From assembly GCF_964355755.1 (NCBI RefSeq), contig NC_092679.1, forward strand, positions 24,473,432 through 24,537,431: a stretch of DNA of 64,000 nucleotides, written 5' to 3'. Source of the DNA: Antedon mediterranea. Lineage: Eukaryota > Animalia > Echinodermata. A program made the position numbers and the translations under genes. A model generated the notes under the pieces. That model had not been told where the DNA came from. It saw only the letters and a program-made list of their open reading frames with translations, and ran no database searches. Below, in pieces: positions 36,901 to 51,017 of this stretch. Position 1 is the stretch's first letter; the number at the start of each line of letters is the position of its first letter.

Positions 36901-39900
36901 TAAATTCACTTATTGTTATCCTTAGCAATTTGCATTAATATATATACTTTATTAAGACCATAAACTAAAGAGTCAGGCTCACCAGATACTCAACATGTCT
37001 TTCGTCTCTTTATTTGGAGTTATATTAGTTTATTTTATATTTACCAAAGATTTCTTATTATTACAATTCATACAAAAACATTTTCATTACATAATTCCTT
37101 ACTTTTTTCGAGCCTTTGCTAATTTGACAGCAAGTTCTTGGTTATCCGGTCCAACCGTGTCTAGATCTGGATGGCGCCCTTGCTCGTGAGACAGATACTG
37201 ATCATACAGATGAATCGGGTTCCATCCCGTTAGTATATCATATGTAATTACCGACCCAAGAGAGTGGGCAAATATTGATACTTTGCCGCTGTTGGCTTCG
37301 AACCAAGGATTTCGATGGCAAAATAACTTGTAGAGTCGATTTAACTCTTCTTGAAGTTTCTTAAGAATCTGTAAAAGATGAGGTGGGGGTTAACTCTTTA
37401 AGAGTAACATGTAAAAACAATAATGTGTTTAATTTACCCTGAAAAGTATAAATAAAATAAACTATAATAACTGCTAATGATAATGGATTTGAAAGATTGA
37501 CTGAAATATTTTTTTAAAACAGAGTAGAGTTAAATAGAACAGTCAATCTTTTTTAAAAGATGAGGCGAGTGTAACAGGTATGAACAATTACTTCATTTTG
37601 TTCTTAATTTAAGATGATCAGACCCACACCTACACCACGTAAGGCCACACCTACACCCACACCTACCCCACGTAAGGCCCTTCAAAATTGGTCCTGTCTG
37701 TTTCCCATTGTTATCAATTTTGTGAATCGGTGTATACTGTAGGTGTTCAGGAACTTTTAGCAAGTAAACAATTTTGTGACTTGAACACTGTGTGGGTCGG
37801 ATCCTGTGTACTGTAGGATGTAACGTTGATGCAAATGAAACATTTACAGTGTTTGTTAAAGTGTATATTAATTAAACATTAACAAAGTTTATAATATGTA
37901 TTTTTAATTTTACATACCTCAGATCTATAGAGTGGACTTTGGTAATACAGAAGGTCTAAACCAGTGCTGTTAAGAACAGCTCGTAAATTCTTTAACCTGT
38001 TTGGTGTGAGACCGTCAATAAGACCACCATCTAAGTACAGAGATGATCTCCACTCAACCGGAAGAAATTCTACCCTGTCTGTTGACACCATAGTTTTGAG
38101 ATCTGGAAACAGCTTCTCAATTAATTTATTAGCACCTCGTCGCAAACTTAAAAACATAATGCATGTATATTATAATGTCTTTCAACCCTTACTTATGGTC
38201 AATGTAAGGTGATGATGATATAAAATGAATAAAAAAATTAGTATAAAAGAAAAGCAATATCTTAATAATTTAAATTCTTTATTTAGATTCTACCTTTGTC
38301 TATTACTTTTTTGTTCAATAATCCAAATCTGCCATTACTGTTTTTTTAAATTTTATTGTCTTTTTGATCCAAAATAAATGTCTTTTGAATTGAATTGAAC
38401 TTGTTAAATACCACTATCCTCTATTTACATAATTTGCATCCAAATACCCAAGATATTAATATTCTGATTAATTGATCATAGGTATATCTGGTTGCTGACA
38501 TCATCAGAAGTTAAACAAGGTCACAATGCATTATCATACGTAGAGACAAGTTAATAAAGTCAAAGTAGCGTGAAGTTCTATATTGCAACGAATATTATGA
38601 TCATCTTCATCTATTAAATCAGCAATTTCATTAGAGAATTATTACACGCAACTCGATCCAAGTAATTCCTTTGAATTGAAGGCTAAACTGGCCAAAAATA
38701 AACTCAGCATGATGGATACATATTAAAATGATTCATTTTGCTAGCAATGACCAATGCCTTATGTAAAGTAATAATTAATATTTATGAAATCAGCACCATA
38801 ATATCAAATTCCAATAAATTCTGAATGTTAAATAATTCTGAGTAGGCTTTATTTATTAAGACAATTTCCTACGTAATTTAAGGTTAAAAATGTTATAAAA
38901 ATAAATACTATATGGACCTATTGTGATAATGTTGTTGTTGTCTTTAAATGGTTCAAAATTTAAGGCAGCCTGCTAAAAATACCACAATGCAACCTTGCAA
39001 CTGTGTGGGACAAGATACATTGGTCTGCAAAATTATTGTATTCAGTTTTTGGTTTCTGGAACAATCTAGTACTAATGTGTACAGATGAAAAAATAGTTAC
39101 AATACAGCTATCTGTTCCAAGGTCCATTGATTACTATCTAAAGTACATTCTGATAGATATTAACATATCAGATTTGAAGTAGTATTATAATGATCATCTA
39201 CAAGGACTTTTTTTTTTTTATTCATACTCATCCAACAGCGAGTAACTCGCCAATTACAGGATGGATAAACTATTTAATAATTTATCGTGCTTATAAACTA
39301 AGTCTCATTTGAGGCTTAGGGAGTGGAGTTGAAAGAATCATGAGTAACAACCCTGCACTAGGTCAGGATTGAACCCGGGACCTTGGGATTGGAAGGCAAG
39401 CACGTTAACCACCAAGCTACAGCTCCACTTTGGGTATAATACAATTTTTATAGTATGATCTACCAATCTAAAGTGCATTCTGATAGATATTCACATATCA
39501 GATTTGAAGTAGTATTAAAATGGTCGTCTACAAGGACTTTGGGTATAATACAATTTATATAATATGATCTACCAATCCATCTACACATACTGTACTTCAA
39601 AATACACAATTCTTCTCATCTACTGTTAATTTATGCCGTTATTTTTATGGTGGTTTAATTTTTGCAAATTTCTGTTTGTGAAAATAGCATACAGTTTTAC
39701 TATTGTATTGTGCAATGAATTGCTCTTAAGTACTCTTCAAGTACTATGGAGGAAGCACTAATGTATGTAGTAACATCGTTTGTACTTTCACAAACATTAG
39801 AAATAATTTCTCTGATGCATTTCCTTTAAAAATGACATAGTAGGCCTACAAACTTGCTCTTGATAAATACCATTGGACAGGGTCCATTTTAACAGTCATC

Positions 39901-42900
39901 TGACATCCAAGACAATTTATTTATGAAGGGGGAGCATTAAGAAGATTCCAATGGCATTAACAAAAAAATATATTTTGCCAAAGTACTGAACTCACTCAGA
40001 ACAACTACGTGTAATATTTGATGCCTCCATAGTCTGGCCTACACCGTGCACTACTAGCACTAGATGTGATATTGGTGGGGGTTTATCTTCTAAGCGAGCT
40101 TCTTTCATGTAACCTCTCCGCAAACGGTAACCACTGGTGGATGCTAAAAAAAGAAACATTTATATTACCAGATTGTTAATTTTCATTATGAGGGAACAGA
40201 TATTTTGTTTGTAATCAATAAAGTCACCCATGGTCATAGTCACCACCATTGCCATTAAGTGAAATGCTTAGAATTTAAATCTATTAGTAAATACCACTAA
40301 GGGAAAACTCTTAAATATTTAATTACTTAGCATTTAACAAGAGCAATGTCAATATGGCCACAAGTTTTTATTTTACACACATAAGTCACTTAGAACACCA
40401 GGTAATATACTCATAACCCGAAAAATTGACAGTTAATAGTCACATAACACACGGTAACCTACAGTAGTATATTAATTAATATTACATAGAATATTCGTTA
40501 CAACCCAATACTGGAAGGAATTTTGTGTGAACAATCGCAGATTGTCTTGCTGAGTGAACATGCAACATTTTGAGATTAATTGCTCAGCCGAGTGTAGCAA
40601 TTAAAGATGTATGATCCCTCAAAAACATAAAAAATAAAGATTAATAAATGACTTTTCATTGACCATTTGAAGTTTTAATAAAGTATTCACTTCTGTGGAG
40701 TAGCAGCCAAAAAATAAATTATTTCACTTATAACAAAACAATAAACGATTAATTAATTAAATATAAGACCATGCTTATAAACATGGTGCCAGCCTTTTTC
40801 AGCTTCCATTTACAATTAATAAATTATTTACATCTTTTTTATTAGATCTCACTTTTTAGTTTGGTGATTAAAGAGAATAAATAACTGAATGGAATATAAA
40901 ATACAGATATATTTGTCTACTGATTAAACAGTACAAAAAGAAAAGACAGCAAGAATAAAAAAAAAATATTGGATTGTACACGATCAGCATACATTTCATT
41001 GTTTACAATATGAAAATATCGGCGTACAGCTCACAAGAAATCAATATTCAGATGGTGTTATATGAAGTCATTAATTTGTCATGAGCTGTGGAAATTGATG
41101 CCATTGTTATTGTTATTCATAATTGACTGCTTTTGGCTATACTGTATTATTTCTTTACTATTAAGTGTATAATAATATTTTTTAATACTGTATTTCTTAA
41201 GATTAATATTCAAAATAATTAAAGGGTATATAAAACAAGCAAAGCAAGCGTAGCCCTGTATTGTGTAAACTTATTATTCTCAAAACAGTAATTTACAAGC
41301 TTTTTTTAAAATTGTGAAAACATGAATACATGATTAAAATTGATTCATATACTAACTGTAGTCTATCGTTAAAATTGAATCTGTACTGTAGGTTATTACA
41401 GTGTATTTACTACTACTGTACCATCGCAAAATATTATTTCTCCATATATATTATATATATATACTTAATTCTAAATTGTACAGGTAGCTAACTGTGATCA
41501 ACTTGCACAGAAAATGTTATGCTTAAACTGTTAGATTTAATTATCAAGATAGTGTTTAATCAGGGGTACCAAATTAGGTAGCGCTAATGGCATGCTAGAG
41601 AGAGATAGGATAAACTACTATAAAAGTGTAGTGGCTGGGTCAATAGTTAAACTTTGACCTGTTCAGTATGTACATACATGTGGAAATATGAATCATGATC
41701 TCTCCAAATAAATCTCGGCTATATAATCTCATCTTTTCTATCAATTTGTTTTAATTATACAGTATATTTATTAATTTTTTAAATGTGGTTCAAGCTCATG
41801 TACAGGTGTATGTGCTATACAGTATTAATATAAGTGTACCATTACCAATATGTGCAAAGTTATAATATTATCATTTTAGAAGAATGATGATCTGTTTTTA
41901 ATTTTTACGTCAATGTTTTGCTTGTGTATAAAGAGAGTAAATGACATAAAGCTACAATCAATATTTTATTTCTGTCTGAAAACAGTGGAATAAGAAATTC
42001 ACTTTAACACTGTGTTGCACAAATTCTATTATTATTTGTACCTACAGTACCAGTACCAGTAAAATGTTATTGTTTGTTTTTAAGGGTCGATGATATAATG
42101 CGGACCCTTATCAATTTATATATTACTACCTATTGTCTTATATACAAATAATTAATATTTATGAGTTGAATGGTGAGAATATTTCATGAGTTGAAAAATT
42201 GACTACTCTATTTTTCCATCGTAAAATTATTGACAAATTTTTGGGCCAGGAAGCTAGGCCATTAAAAAAGCCAGTGCTCCAACTTTAGACACGAAATAAA
42301 ACAGTTATAAGCTTCTTACCTTTAGAGAAACCAAGGCTCTGTCCTATAGATCTGGCTAATCTTGAACTTGCAGATTCACTGTATAGAAATATATCATTTA
42401 CACTATTCCAATCAACATGACAATCCTTAAACTGTAGACTGCAAATTACTGAGAAAAAATTAAATTATGTCGATATAAAACGCTTAAAAACGACAACAAA
42501 AAAAACAGTTAATGAATTAAAATCCAGATAATGGGCTTCTGGTTAATTATTTTAAATCTTTAAATTAAGTAAATAATTTGATCCTATTCTGATCAAAGTG
42601 AAGTATGTGACATTCAACTTTAACCTTGTTAAATATGGATTAATAAAGCCGTATAACTTACATATCTTAGAATCATTCAGTCTATTTCAATATGAAATTT
42701 AAATTCTTCTTTAAACATTTTCAAACCCCATGTTTTAATCATTAATTATTCAATAAATTATTTCTAGACTGGTAATCAAACATACCGAAGTTCAAACTTG
42801 GTTAAAATCCTATCAAATCAATCAAAAAATGACATTTTAAACTTTATTTTCTTTTGTACTCAAAACGTTTTTTTCAAAATACCCAATGTGAAATCTCACT

Positions 42901-44397
42901 ATTTTTTCAATTTGTTTTCTTTTAGTAGGGTAGCCCTCTCGGTAATAATTATTGGTTAAAGAAAATGTGAATTATCTTGTATTTGTTGTACCTGGTTTTG
43001 GTCCTTTGTTTCCATCCTCTTCAGAGAGTGACATTATCTTTTGTCCTCTAAAGTGAAGTAAATGCTTGCGTTCCACTTCTTTTGCTAGGTCCTCTTCAAG
43101 AGGTTCAGACGTGTTGTAATGGTGCCACATACCTCTCATAACATCTGTTGCCTCTTCTACATAAACAACACATTCATAATCAGCATTAAAATATTTATGT
43201 TATTGTACTCTACGTGATACAGTATCAAATTTAATTATTTGAGATGTTATAATTCTTGTAACATTTTATGCATTTGACGTATGTGTTCTGATGTGCTCTA
43301 ATTTTTTTCTTTCCAATGAATTTTACACAAGTTAACAATTTCAGGAGAATTTTTTATTTTAAAACCAAGTCCATAAGTCACTGGACTATCGCTATCGGTG
43401 TGTTCATTTTGTTATTGATGCTTTTGGGTGGTCGTCATGATGTTTGTCATCTGTCAAGATGGCTTCTGTAGCATGAAAATCATGAATTGGATTCTAAATT
43501 CCTTTTTCACGAAACGGAAGAAGAGATCTTCGATCGATGACAAACACAATGCTGTGCAGGGAAGCGTAACCAACAGAAATAACATAGCACGGCGAACATA
43601 TTTTCGGAGGACAAGTTACTTACTTAGTGGTGAAAAAAATGTTTCAAATTGTTTTCAATCATACAGTTATGTAGGCCAATCTTTTTAGAACATTTTACAG
43701 TAATTAATTTTTGTTCTCATACGATCCTCCGTTCAAGAGTTACGATTTTTATTAACATGGTGTCCTGAAATCCCCTGGAAACGCTATGTTATTTCTGTTG
43801 GTTATGCTTCCATGCACAGTATTATTGATTGTCATCAATCTTATCCATGAAAAAGGGCGTATCTAAACTGAATGAACAATTTTTACCATTCCAATAAATT
43901 GTATAGCATTTTTTCTCATTTATATCCACTTCATAAAGTCCACCTCGAACTACAATTCTATCCACACCCGACTCAGATACTTCACCATGTATATATACTT
44001 TGCGAAATTTAAATTCAAGTTGCAAAGAATCGTATCCGATAAATGGGCACCATTTTTTAGTCCTATCATCTCTGTAAAACCATCTGATTTGTGGGGCTGA
44101 TAATTCTTTTGTTATACTTTCCTCCTCTGTAAAAGTTCGCTTTTTCTGTCTTGGTGGTGGTGGTCTCGGTGGAGGTGTTTTCTTTGTACTTTCTGTTGCC
44201 TCTCTTGCTAAGCCTGACTGATCTTCCATCAGGTGTTGTTGATGTCGATGTATGGGGCTAGCCCGGTTGCTGTATCCCCCAGAAGCAGCGTATGGCTGCT
44301 CAAGGTAACCTCTGTTTGTTGGGCTCCCTCGTCCACGTTCGGCTGGGTCATAGCCGTCGTACCTTGGAAAAGGATCTCCTGGAGCCGGATAATCCAT
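33925..44397 (-). CDS. DDHD1: Phosphatidic acid-preferring phospholipase A1 (DDHD1 family)
   Basis: 12 coding exons: 43887-44397, 42992-43156, 42320-42448 (HVDWNSV..YS...LGFSK), 39996-40143 (HLVLVVHGVGQ), 37918-38146 (VEFLPVEWRS, DLLYYQSPLYR), 37103-37368 (lipase AHSLG), 36645-36723, 36183-36332 (FCVGSPL, NIYHPSDPV), 35826-36027 (AYRIEPL), 35384-35503, 34600-34767, 33925-34103 (RLDFEL...SHTSYW). Probable 5'UTR exon donor at ~44521. Confidence 0.93.
34815..35340. repeat. 63-bp intronic minisatellite, ~8 copies, in DDHD1
   Basis: Unit gatgttgatgaactttgtctgatgagatgagaatgagtgatgtagaatgaagtaggaagatacag. Confidence 0.93.
39208..39428 (-). mobile_element. tRNA-derived SINE with poly(A) tail
   Basis: Minus strand ggagctgtagcttggtggttaacg (A box)...cgggttcaatcc (B box), body, then aataaa and a poly(A) run. 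The empty site caaggactttgggtata is seen in the adjacent duplicate at ~39531. Confidence 0.85.
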
Positions 44398-45176
44398 TGC
44401 ACATATTTTTCTAAAAGCAATAATTTAATAAATATGTGATTTATAGCTTTCAGCAGATCACGTACACTCAGTATTTATAATTTAATTTCAACGAACACCC
44501 ACTCCCACTCTTTAGTCTTACCTGTGCAAATCTACGAAAAAAAAACTAGGGTTGCTGCTGCTGCTGCAACTCAGGCCTACCGCAATAATGATCACGAAGA
44601 AGTGCGTTGGAATTCTTCTTCTTATCACTCTTCTTTGATGACATGACGTACGACGTACCGCTTAAAAACCTGATGAGGGCGCTAAGTACACTAAGCAAAA
44701 GTATAGAGGCCTGGTATATTCAGAGCGCAGAGAGCATCATTCTGGCAACTGGGAGCATCCTCTACTGCTCTACGGAGCGCCATGATAGCACAGTGATATA
44801 AAATGGAAATACGTCACTAATTTTAATATCTTTTCGTATGTTAACACTGTGCTCAAGTGCACCCAATTTTGCCCCAGTGGACAGTGGAGCACAGTGATAC
44901 AAAATAGAAAAAAGTCCCGTATGTTAATACACTGTGCTCAAGTGGACCTAATTTGGCGCCAGTGAAGCACAGTGATAAAAAAATAGAAATAAAATCACTT
45001 AATTTTAATATCTTTTAGTATGTTAATACACTGTGCTCAAGTGGATTCAATTTGGCGACAGTGGAGCACGGTGATATAAAATAGAAATAAAGTCATTTAA
45101 GTTTCAATATCTTTTCGTATTACACTGTGCTCAGTGGACACGATTTGGCACCAGTGGAGCACATTGATATAAACAA

Positions 45177-48100
45177 AAGTAGAGCAGTTAACGCCATAAA
45201 AATAGCCAAGTTGTGCACTTTATTACCAAAGCATGAAACTTTCCACAAAGTTTCTTTGATGTATATAGATTCAAAATATCGGGGGGTGCCAAGTGTCCAA
45301 CGTCCGGTATGGCGGCCATCTTGATTTCAAAATGGCCACCATAAAAACAAAAAGTGTTCATATCTTGGCAACTATAAACAGTAGAGACTTGATTCTGGTG
45401 TTAAATTGTTCACAAACCACATATTTCTATTTGCTCTAATGAAAAGTTTCGTCCAAAAATGACCGGAAATGACGTTTAATCCAGTTTGACATTTGACCTC
45501 TTATCTGTATATCTCAGTAACTACTGATCATTTTCAATCGATTTTGGTGTCATTTTGTTCATAATAAAGACATTTATATTTGTAGTAATGAAACATTTTC
45601 ACATAAAATGACTGGAAATACAATTTATAACCTTTAACTATGTGAACATACTGTATGTGGTTAAATTGGTATAAATGCACCTAATTTTTTTACCGAAATA
45701 AATGACACGGAATTATTATTCTGAATTTTTAACTTTTGATGTGATAGGATAGGCATAAAGTATGACAGATCACTGAGCTCATCTATGCCGACATGTTTGC
45801 TAAACTGTTATGTGTCAATCGTTTTTTCGTTGCATCTAAAAAAATGTACTCCATTTTTATGGTAATGGGCCTTTGCTGTAAACCTTTCATCTGAATCCTT
45901 TTCCTCGATTTTCTCTAGTCATTGATTTTTTAGCAAAATCCGAACTAAATCAATTCGTAAAAGACATCTCAATATAATTATTCAAGTAATCCTCAAATTA
46001 GTGACATGGACCTACAATATACTGTTCTGTACAAGACCTGTTTAGGCATCCACCTGTGGACTTTCACTTTAAAGGTCTTGGTTTCCTAATCATACAAGAA
46101 ACAATGTCTAATTTAATCAATCAAAGTAGTGGGTCCAGACAAAGAAGGGGGTGTAAGACCATCCACAGACAAAGAAGGGGGTTTAAGACCATCCACAGAC
46201 AAAGAAGGGGTTGTAAGACCATCCACATACAAAGAAAAGGGAATAAGACCATCCACAGACAAAAAAGGGGATGTAGGACCGTCCACAGACAAAGAAGGGG
46301 GTGTAAAACCATCCACACACAAAGAAGGAGGTATAAGACCATCCACAGACAAAGAAAGGGGTGTAAGGCCATCTACAGACAAAGAAGGGGTTGTAAGACC
46401 ATCCACATACAAAGAAAAGGGAATAAGACCATCCACAGACAAAGAAGGGGGTGTAAGACCATCCACAGACAAAGAAGGGGGTGTAAAACCATCCACACAC
46501 AAAGAAGGAGGTATAAGACCATCCACAGACAAAGAAAGGGGTGTAAGGCCATCTACAGACAAAGAAGGGGATGTAGGACCGTCCACAGACAAAGAAGGGG
46601 GTATAAGACCATACACTGACAAAAAAAGGGGTATAGGACCATCCACAGACAAAGAAGGGGGCGTAGGACCGTCCACAGACAAAGAAGTGGGTGCAAGACC
46701 ATCCACTGACAAAGAAAGAGGTATAGGACCACTTACAGACAAATAAGGGGTGTAGGACCATCCACAGACAAAGAAGGGGGTGTAGGACCATCCACAGACA
46801 AAGAAGGGGAGAAGACCATCCACAGACAAAGAAGGGGATATAAGACCATCCACAGACAAAGAAGGGGGTAGAAGACCATCCACAGACAAAGAAATAAGAA
46901 TCCACAGACAAATTAAAGGAGTGCAAGACCATCCATACACAAAGGGGTGTATAAGACCATCCACATACAAAAAAGGGGTGTAATACCATCAACGGACAAA
47001 GAAAGGGGTGTAATACCATCAACAGACAAAGAAGAGGGTATAAGATCACCCACAGGCACAGAAGAGGTATAAAACCGTCCACAGAAAAAGAAAGGGGTGT
47101 AAGACCATCCACAGACAAAGAAGGGGGTGTAGAACCGTCCACAGACAAAGAAGGGGGGTGTAAGACCATCCACCACTGACAAAGAAAGGGGTATAGGACC
47201 ACTTACAGACAAAGAAGGGGTATAAGACCATCCACAGACAAATTAAAGGAGTGCAAGACCAGCCATACACAAAGAAAGGGGTGTATAAGACCATCCACAT
47301 ACAAAAAAGGGGTGTAATACCATCAACGGACAAAGAAAGGGGTGTAATACCATCAACAGACAAAGAAGGGGGTATAAGATCACCCACAGGCACAGAAGGG
47401 GGTATAAGACCGTCCACAGAAAAAGAAAGGGGTGTAAGACCATCCACAGACAAAGAAGGGGGTGTAGAACCGTCCACTGACAAAGAAAGGGGTATAGGAC
47501 CACTTACAGACAAAGAAGGGGTATAAGACCATCCACAGACAAAAAAGGAGGTGTAGGACCATCGGACCATCCACAGACAAAGAAGGGGATGTAAGACCAC
47601 CCACAGACAAAGAAGGGGTGTAAGACCATCCACATACAAAGAAGGGATTATAAGACCATCTACAGACAAAGACAGGGGTGTAAGACCATCCACACACAAA
47701 GAAAGGGGTTTAATACCATCAACAGACAAAGAAAGGGGTGTAATACCATCAACAGACACAGAAGGGGGTATAAGACCATCCACAGACAAAGAAGGGGTAT
47801 AAGACCATCCATAGACAAAGAAAGGGGTATAAGACCATCCACAAAGAAAGGGGTGTAATACCATCAACAGACACAGAAGGGGGTATAAGACCATCCATAG
47901 ACAAAGAAAGGGGTATAAGACCGTCCACAAAGAAAGGGGTGTAAGACCATCCACAGACAAAGAAGGGTGCATAAGACTATCCACAGACAAAGAAGGGGGT
48001 GTAGGACCATCCACAGAAATAGAAGGGGTGTAGGACCATCCACAGACAAAGAAGGGAGTGTAGGACCATCCACAGACAAACAAGGGGTGTAAGACCATCT

Positions 48101-49216
48101 ACAGACAAAGAAATGGGTGTAAGACCATCCACACATAAAGAAAGGGGTGTAATAATACCATCAACAGACACAGAAGCGGGTAAAGACCATCCACAGACAA
48201 AGAATGGGGTATAAGACCATCCACAGACAAAGAATGGGGTATAACACCATCTACAGACAAAGAAGGAGGGTTAGGACCATATTAACCGAGGAAGCATACA
48301 AAAATAAGATGCAATCAAAATAGGCCTACCACTTGGAAAACAATAAATTGTAGAATAACTGTGGCTTAATTGTTGAAATAGAAAGGGTTCTTTGTAAGGT
48401 CATTAATAATATATTGATATAAACACGATCATCATACTATACTCATTTGACAATCAAATACAGTCTGTCTCGAAAAGAAGCTCATACTATCACCTTTTCG
48501 AGGTTTTACGGTATTCAATAACATGTATGTTATTTCCTCTGTCAAACTATTAAAACTTTTAGCGAATCAGAAGGTGCCAACATCATTGAACTAATGGTAC
48601 CACCAAGCACAATGTTTACCAATTTTATGTACTATATACAATTTAAGTCCAATAATCATTTAATATAATTACGCCTATCAGGTTAAAGTTCAAAATTAGG
48701 TGCACTTTAGACCAACAAAAATCACCTACAGTATATTCACATAATTAAAAATCAATAAATTAATGTCAAAGGTCATAAATTGTATTTCCGGTCATTTTAT
48801 GTGAAAATGTTTCATTACTACAAATATAAATGTATTTATTCTGAACAAAATGACACCAAAATCGATTGAAAATGACCAGTAGTTACAGAGATATATAAAT
48901 ACAAGGTCAAAGGTCAAACTGTAAGAAACGTCATTTCCGGTCATTTTTGGACGAAACTTTTCATTAGAGCAAATAGAAATATATAGTTTGTGAACAATTT
49001 GAGACCAGAATTAAGTCTCTAATGTGTATAGTTGCCAAGATATGAACATTTTTTGTTTTTATGGTGGCCATTTTGAAATCAAGATGGCCGCCATACCAGA
49101 CGTTGGACACTTGGCACCCCCCAATATTTTGAATCTATATACATCAAAGAAACTTTGTGCCAAGTTTCATGCTTTGGTAATAAAATGCACAGCTCATGTC
49201 ATTAACTGCTCTACTA
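45177..49216. mobile_element. 4-kb non-autonomous DNA transposon with ~500-bp TIRs (Academ-like)
   Basis: agtagagcagttaa...atggcggccatcttgatttcaaaatggccacc (45178-~45690) is inverted at ~48690-49215. The right terminus reads TAGTAG; apparent 3-4-bp TSD caa/acaa. The superfamily call is an inference. Confidence 0.75.
46136..48280. repeat. 30-bp minisatellite, ~70 copies
   Basis: Unit gaccatccacagacaaagaagggggtgtaa; it explains all ORFs between 46056 and 48171. Confidence 0.96.
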
Positions 49217-50585
49217 CAACAAATAAGTTACTGAATGTTAATATCTTTTCGTATGTTAATAAACTGTTCTCCAGTGGATCCAATTTGAAGTCACTTATTT
49301 AAATGTCTTTCCTATGTTAGGCTAATAGGAGGCCTACACTGTAGGCTACTCCTGTGGATCCAATTTGGCACCAGTGGAGCACAGTGATATAAACAACAAA
49401 TAAGTTACTGAATGTTAATATCTTTTCGTAGTTAATACACTGCTCAAGTGGACCTAATTTGAAGTCACTTAAGTTTAAATATCTTTTCGTATGTTACACG
49501 GTGCTACTCCAGTGGGTCCAATTTGGCACCAGTGGAGCACAGTGATATAGGCTAACAACAAAAGTTACTGAATGTTAATATATATCTTTTCGTATGTTAA
49601 TAGGCCTACACTGTACTCCAGTGGATCCAATTTGGCGCCAGTAGTGGAACACAAATATTCACATACAAAAACATCGAGAACAAATACTTCAAACTTCCAG
49701 GTATAGGCTATGCTAAATATCGGTTACTCCATAAAAATTAGTTTCAAGCCAAATCAGTGATTTTAATAACTTGTTTGTCTAAGATAAATACTTATTTAGT
49801 GTCACCGGAGAGTGACCTATTCATTGAAATAAGAAATTAAATATTAAGTTGGGGCAGAGCTAATAAGGAAAATAGAGTCCAGAATTGCACTTATACTTAT
49901 TAATATACATAATCACCTATGGTAATTATGGTAATGTTAAAATTTCAACTATCATCCAGATGCGACTTCCAAATTTAAGGTGGGGTTTTCTACTAAGGAA
50001 TTAGTCTAAGCTTCAAAATTGGTCTAGAAATCGGCATCTTTACAAATTTTCTACATTTGATCTTATTTCACTCCCCATTAACCCCATACAAAAACCATCG
50101 GAGGCAAACTATCTGTTTAAAACATGTTTATTCTGAGGACGGTGCGGCTGCTACACACCAACTACCATAAAAATTTATTCATAACATTTTACAATACAAT
50201 ATCTTGCATGAATCGGACATTTTCTCTACCAATGTTTTTCATCTGGCGTTTCTTTTTGAGTTTTGCCCTCTTCCTTCATTTGACAATTTATATTGGATAT
50301 TTGTTGTTATTTTACTGTGGAAGAAATAAATGGTAATTTGAAGTGAATTGAATATTGATTAACAAAATGTAACAGTGTGGCGTGTTGACCACGAATGACT
50401 AACAATACCATCTTTCCCACTACACCTGCACAACCAGTGCATAACAACGCACGGCATACCACCAAACCGTTTCGTACCGTACACCTGCGATGAAAATATA
50501 AAATTCAATTTCTTTTAAAATTGAGGACGGCAAACATAAAACGAGATCGAATACAGGTTGAAAAAAAAAATTAAATAAAAAAAAA

Positions 50586-50832
50586 GAGGTTATAATGTGC
50601 TCTCCCTGCCTCAGCACTAAGGCCCTGCCACACAGCCTTTTGGGGTCGTTTCCAGCACATCACCAGATGCATTGATGTTGTCGCTTCATGATGTGTGGTA
50701 GAAAGGGGGACGTATAATTCTGTGAACACAGTGGCCGCATGCCTTTAACTCTATTCCACCGACCAGCATTGGAATCGAACCCACGACATACGTGTTGTCA
50801 ACACAACGCTCAGGCGACTGAGCTAACTGGTT
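50586..50832 (-). mobile_element. tRNA-derived SINE
   Basis: Minus strand accagttagctcagtcgcctgagcgttgtgttgacaacacgtatgtcgtgggttcgattccaatgctggt forms a tRNA-like head, followed by a ~170-nt non-tRNA body. Confidence 0.7.
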
Positions 50833-50935
50833 ATTTTGGTTTTAACAAGGTTATTGTGATATTTATGATGAAATGATGAATTACGTAATACACGTATAAA
50901 TAGACTATTATCAGCTGTTCAGCCATGTACTAATT

Positions 50936-51017
50936 TGTGGCCTAACGGGTATTGCTCAGCTTTGGGTGCTCTCAGCTCTAGTAGATTGGGTTCGAACCTC
51001 TACGGATATTTTTTTTT
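50936..51017 (+). mobile_element. Degenerate tRNA-like SINE head
   Basis: tggcctaacggg (A box)...gggttcgaacc (B box), ending in a T run. Confidence 0.4.

Larger units (their letters stand above)
44770..49650. repeat. ~100-125-bp satellite split into two blocks (44770-45176 and 49217-49650) by a transposon
   Basis: Recurrent caatttggcaccagtggagcacagtgatata...atcttttcgtatgttaatacactgtgctcaagtgga on both sides of the element. Confidence 0.8.

Noticed and set aside
46056-48171. Many long ORFs in several frames
   Set aside because: They are by-products of a 30-bp minisatellite inside a TIR element; frames break wherever the unit length varies.
50133-50165. Hammerhead-like ctgaggac-ggtg...cacc
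   Set aside because: No GAAA after the stem.
50758-50832. tRNA-Val(GAC) gene
   Set aside because: Imperfect stems, a GAC anticodon atypical of eukaryotic cytosolic tRNA-Val, and continuation into a SINE-like body.
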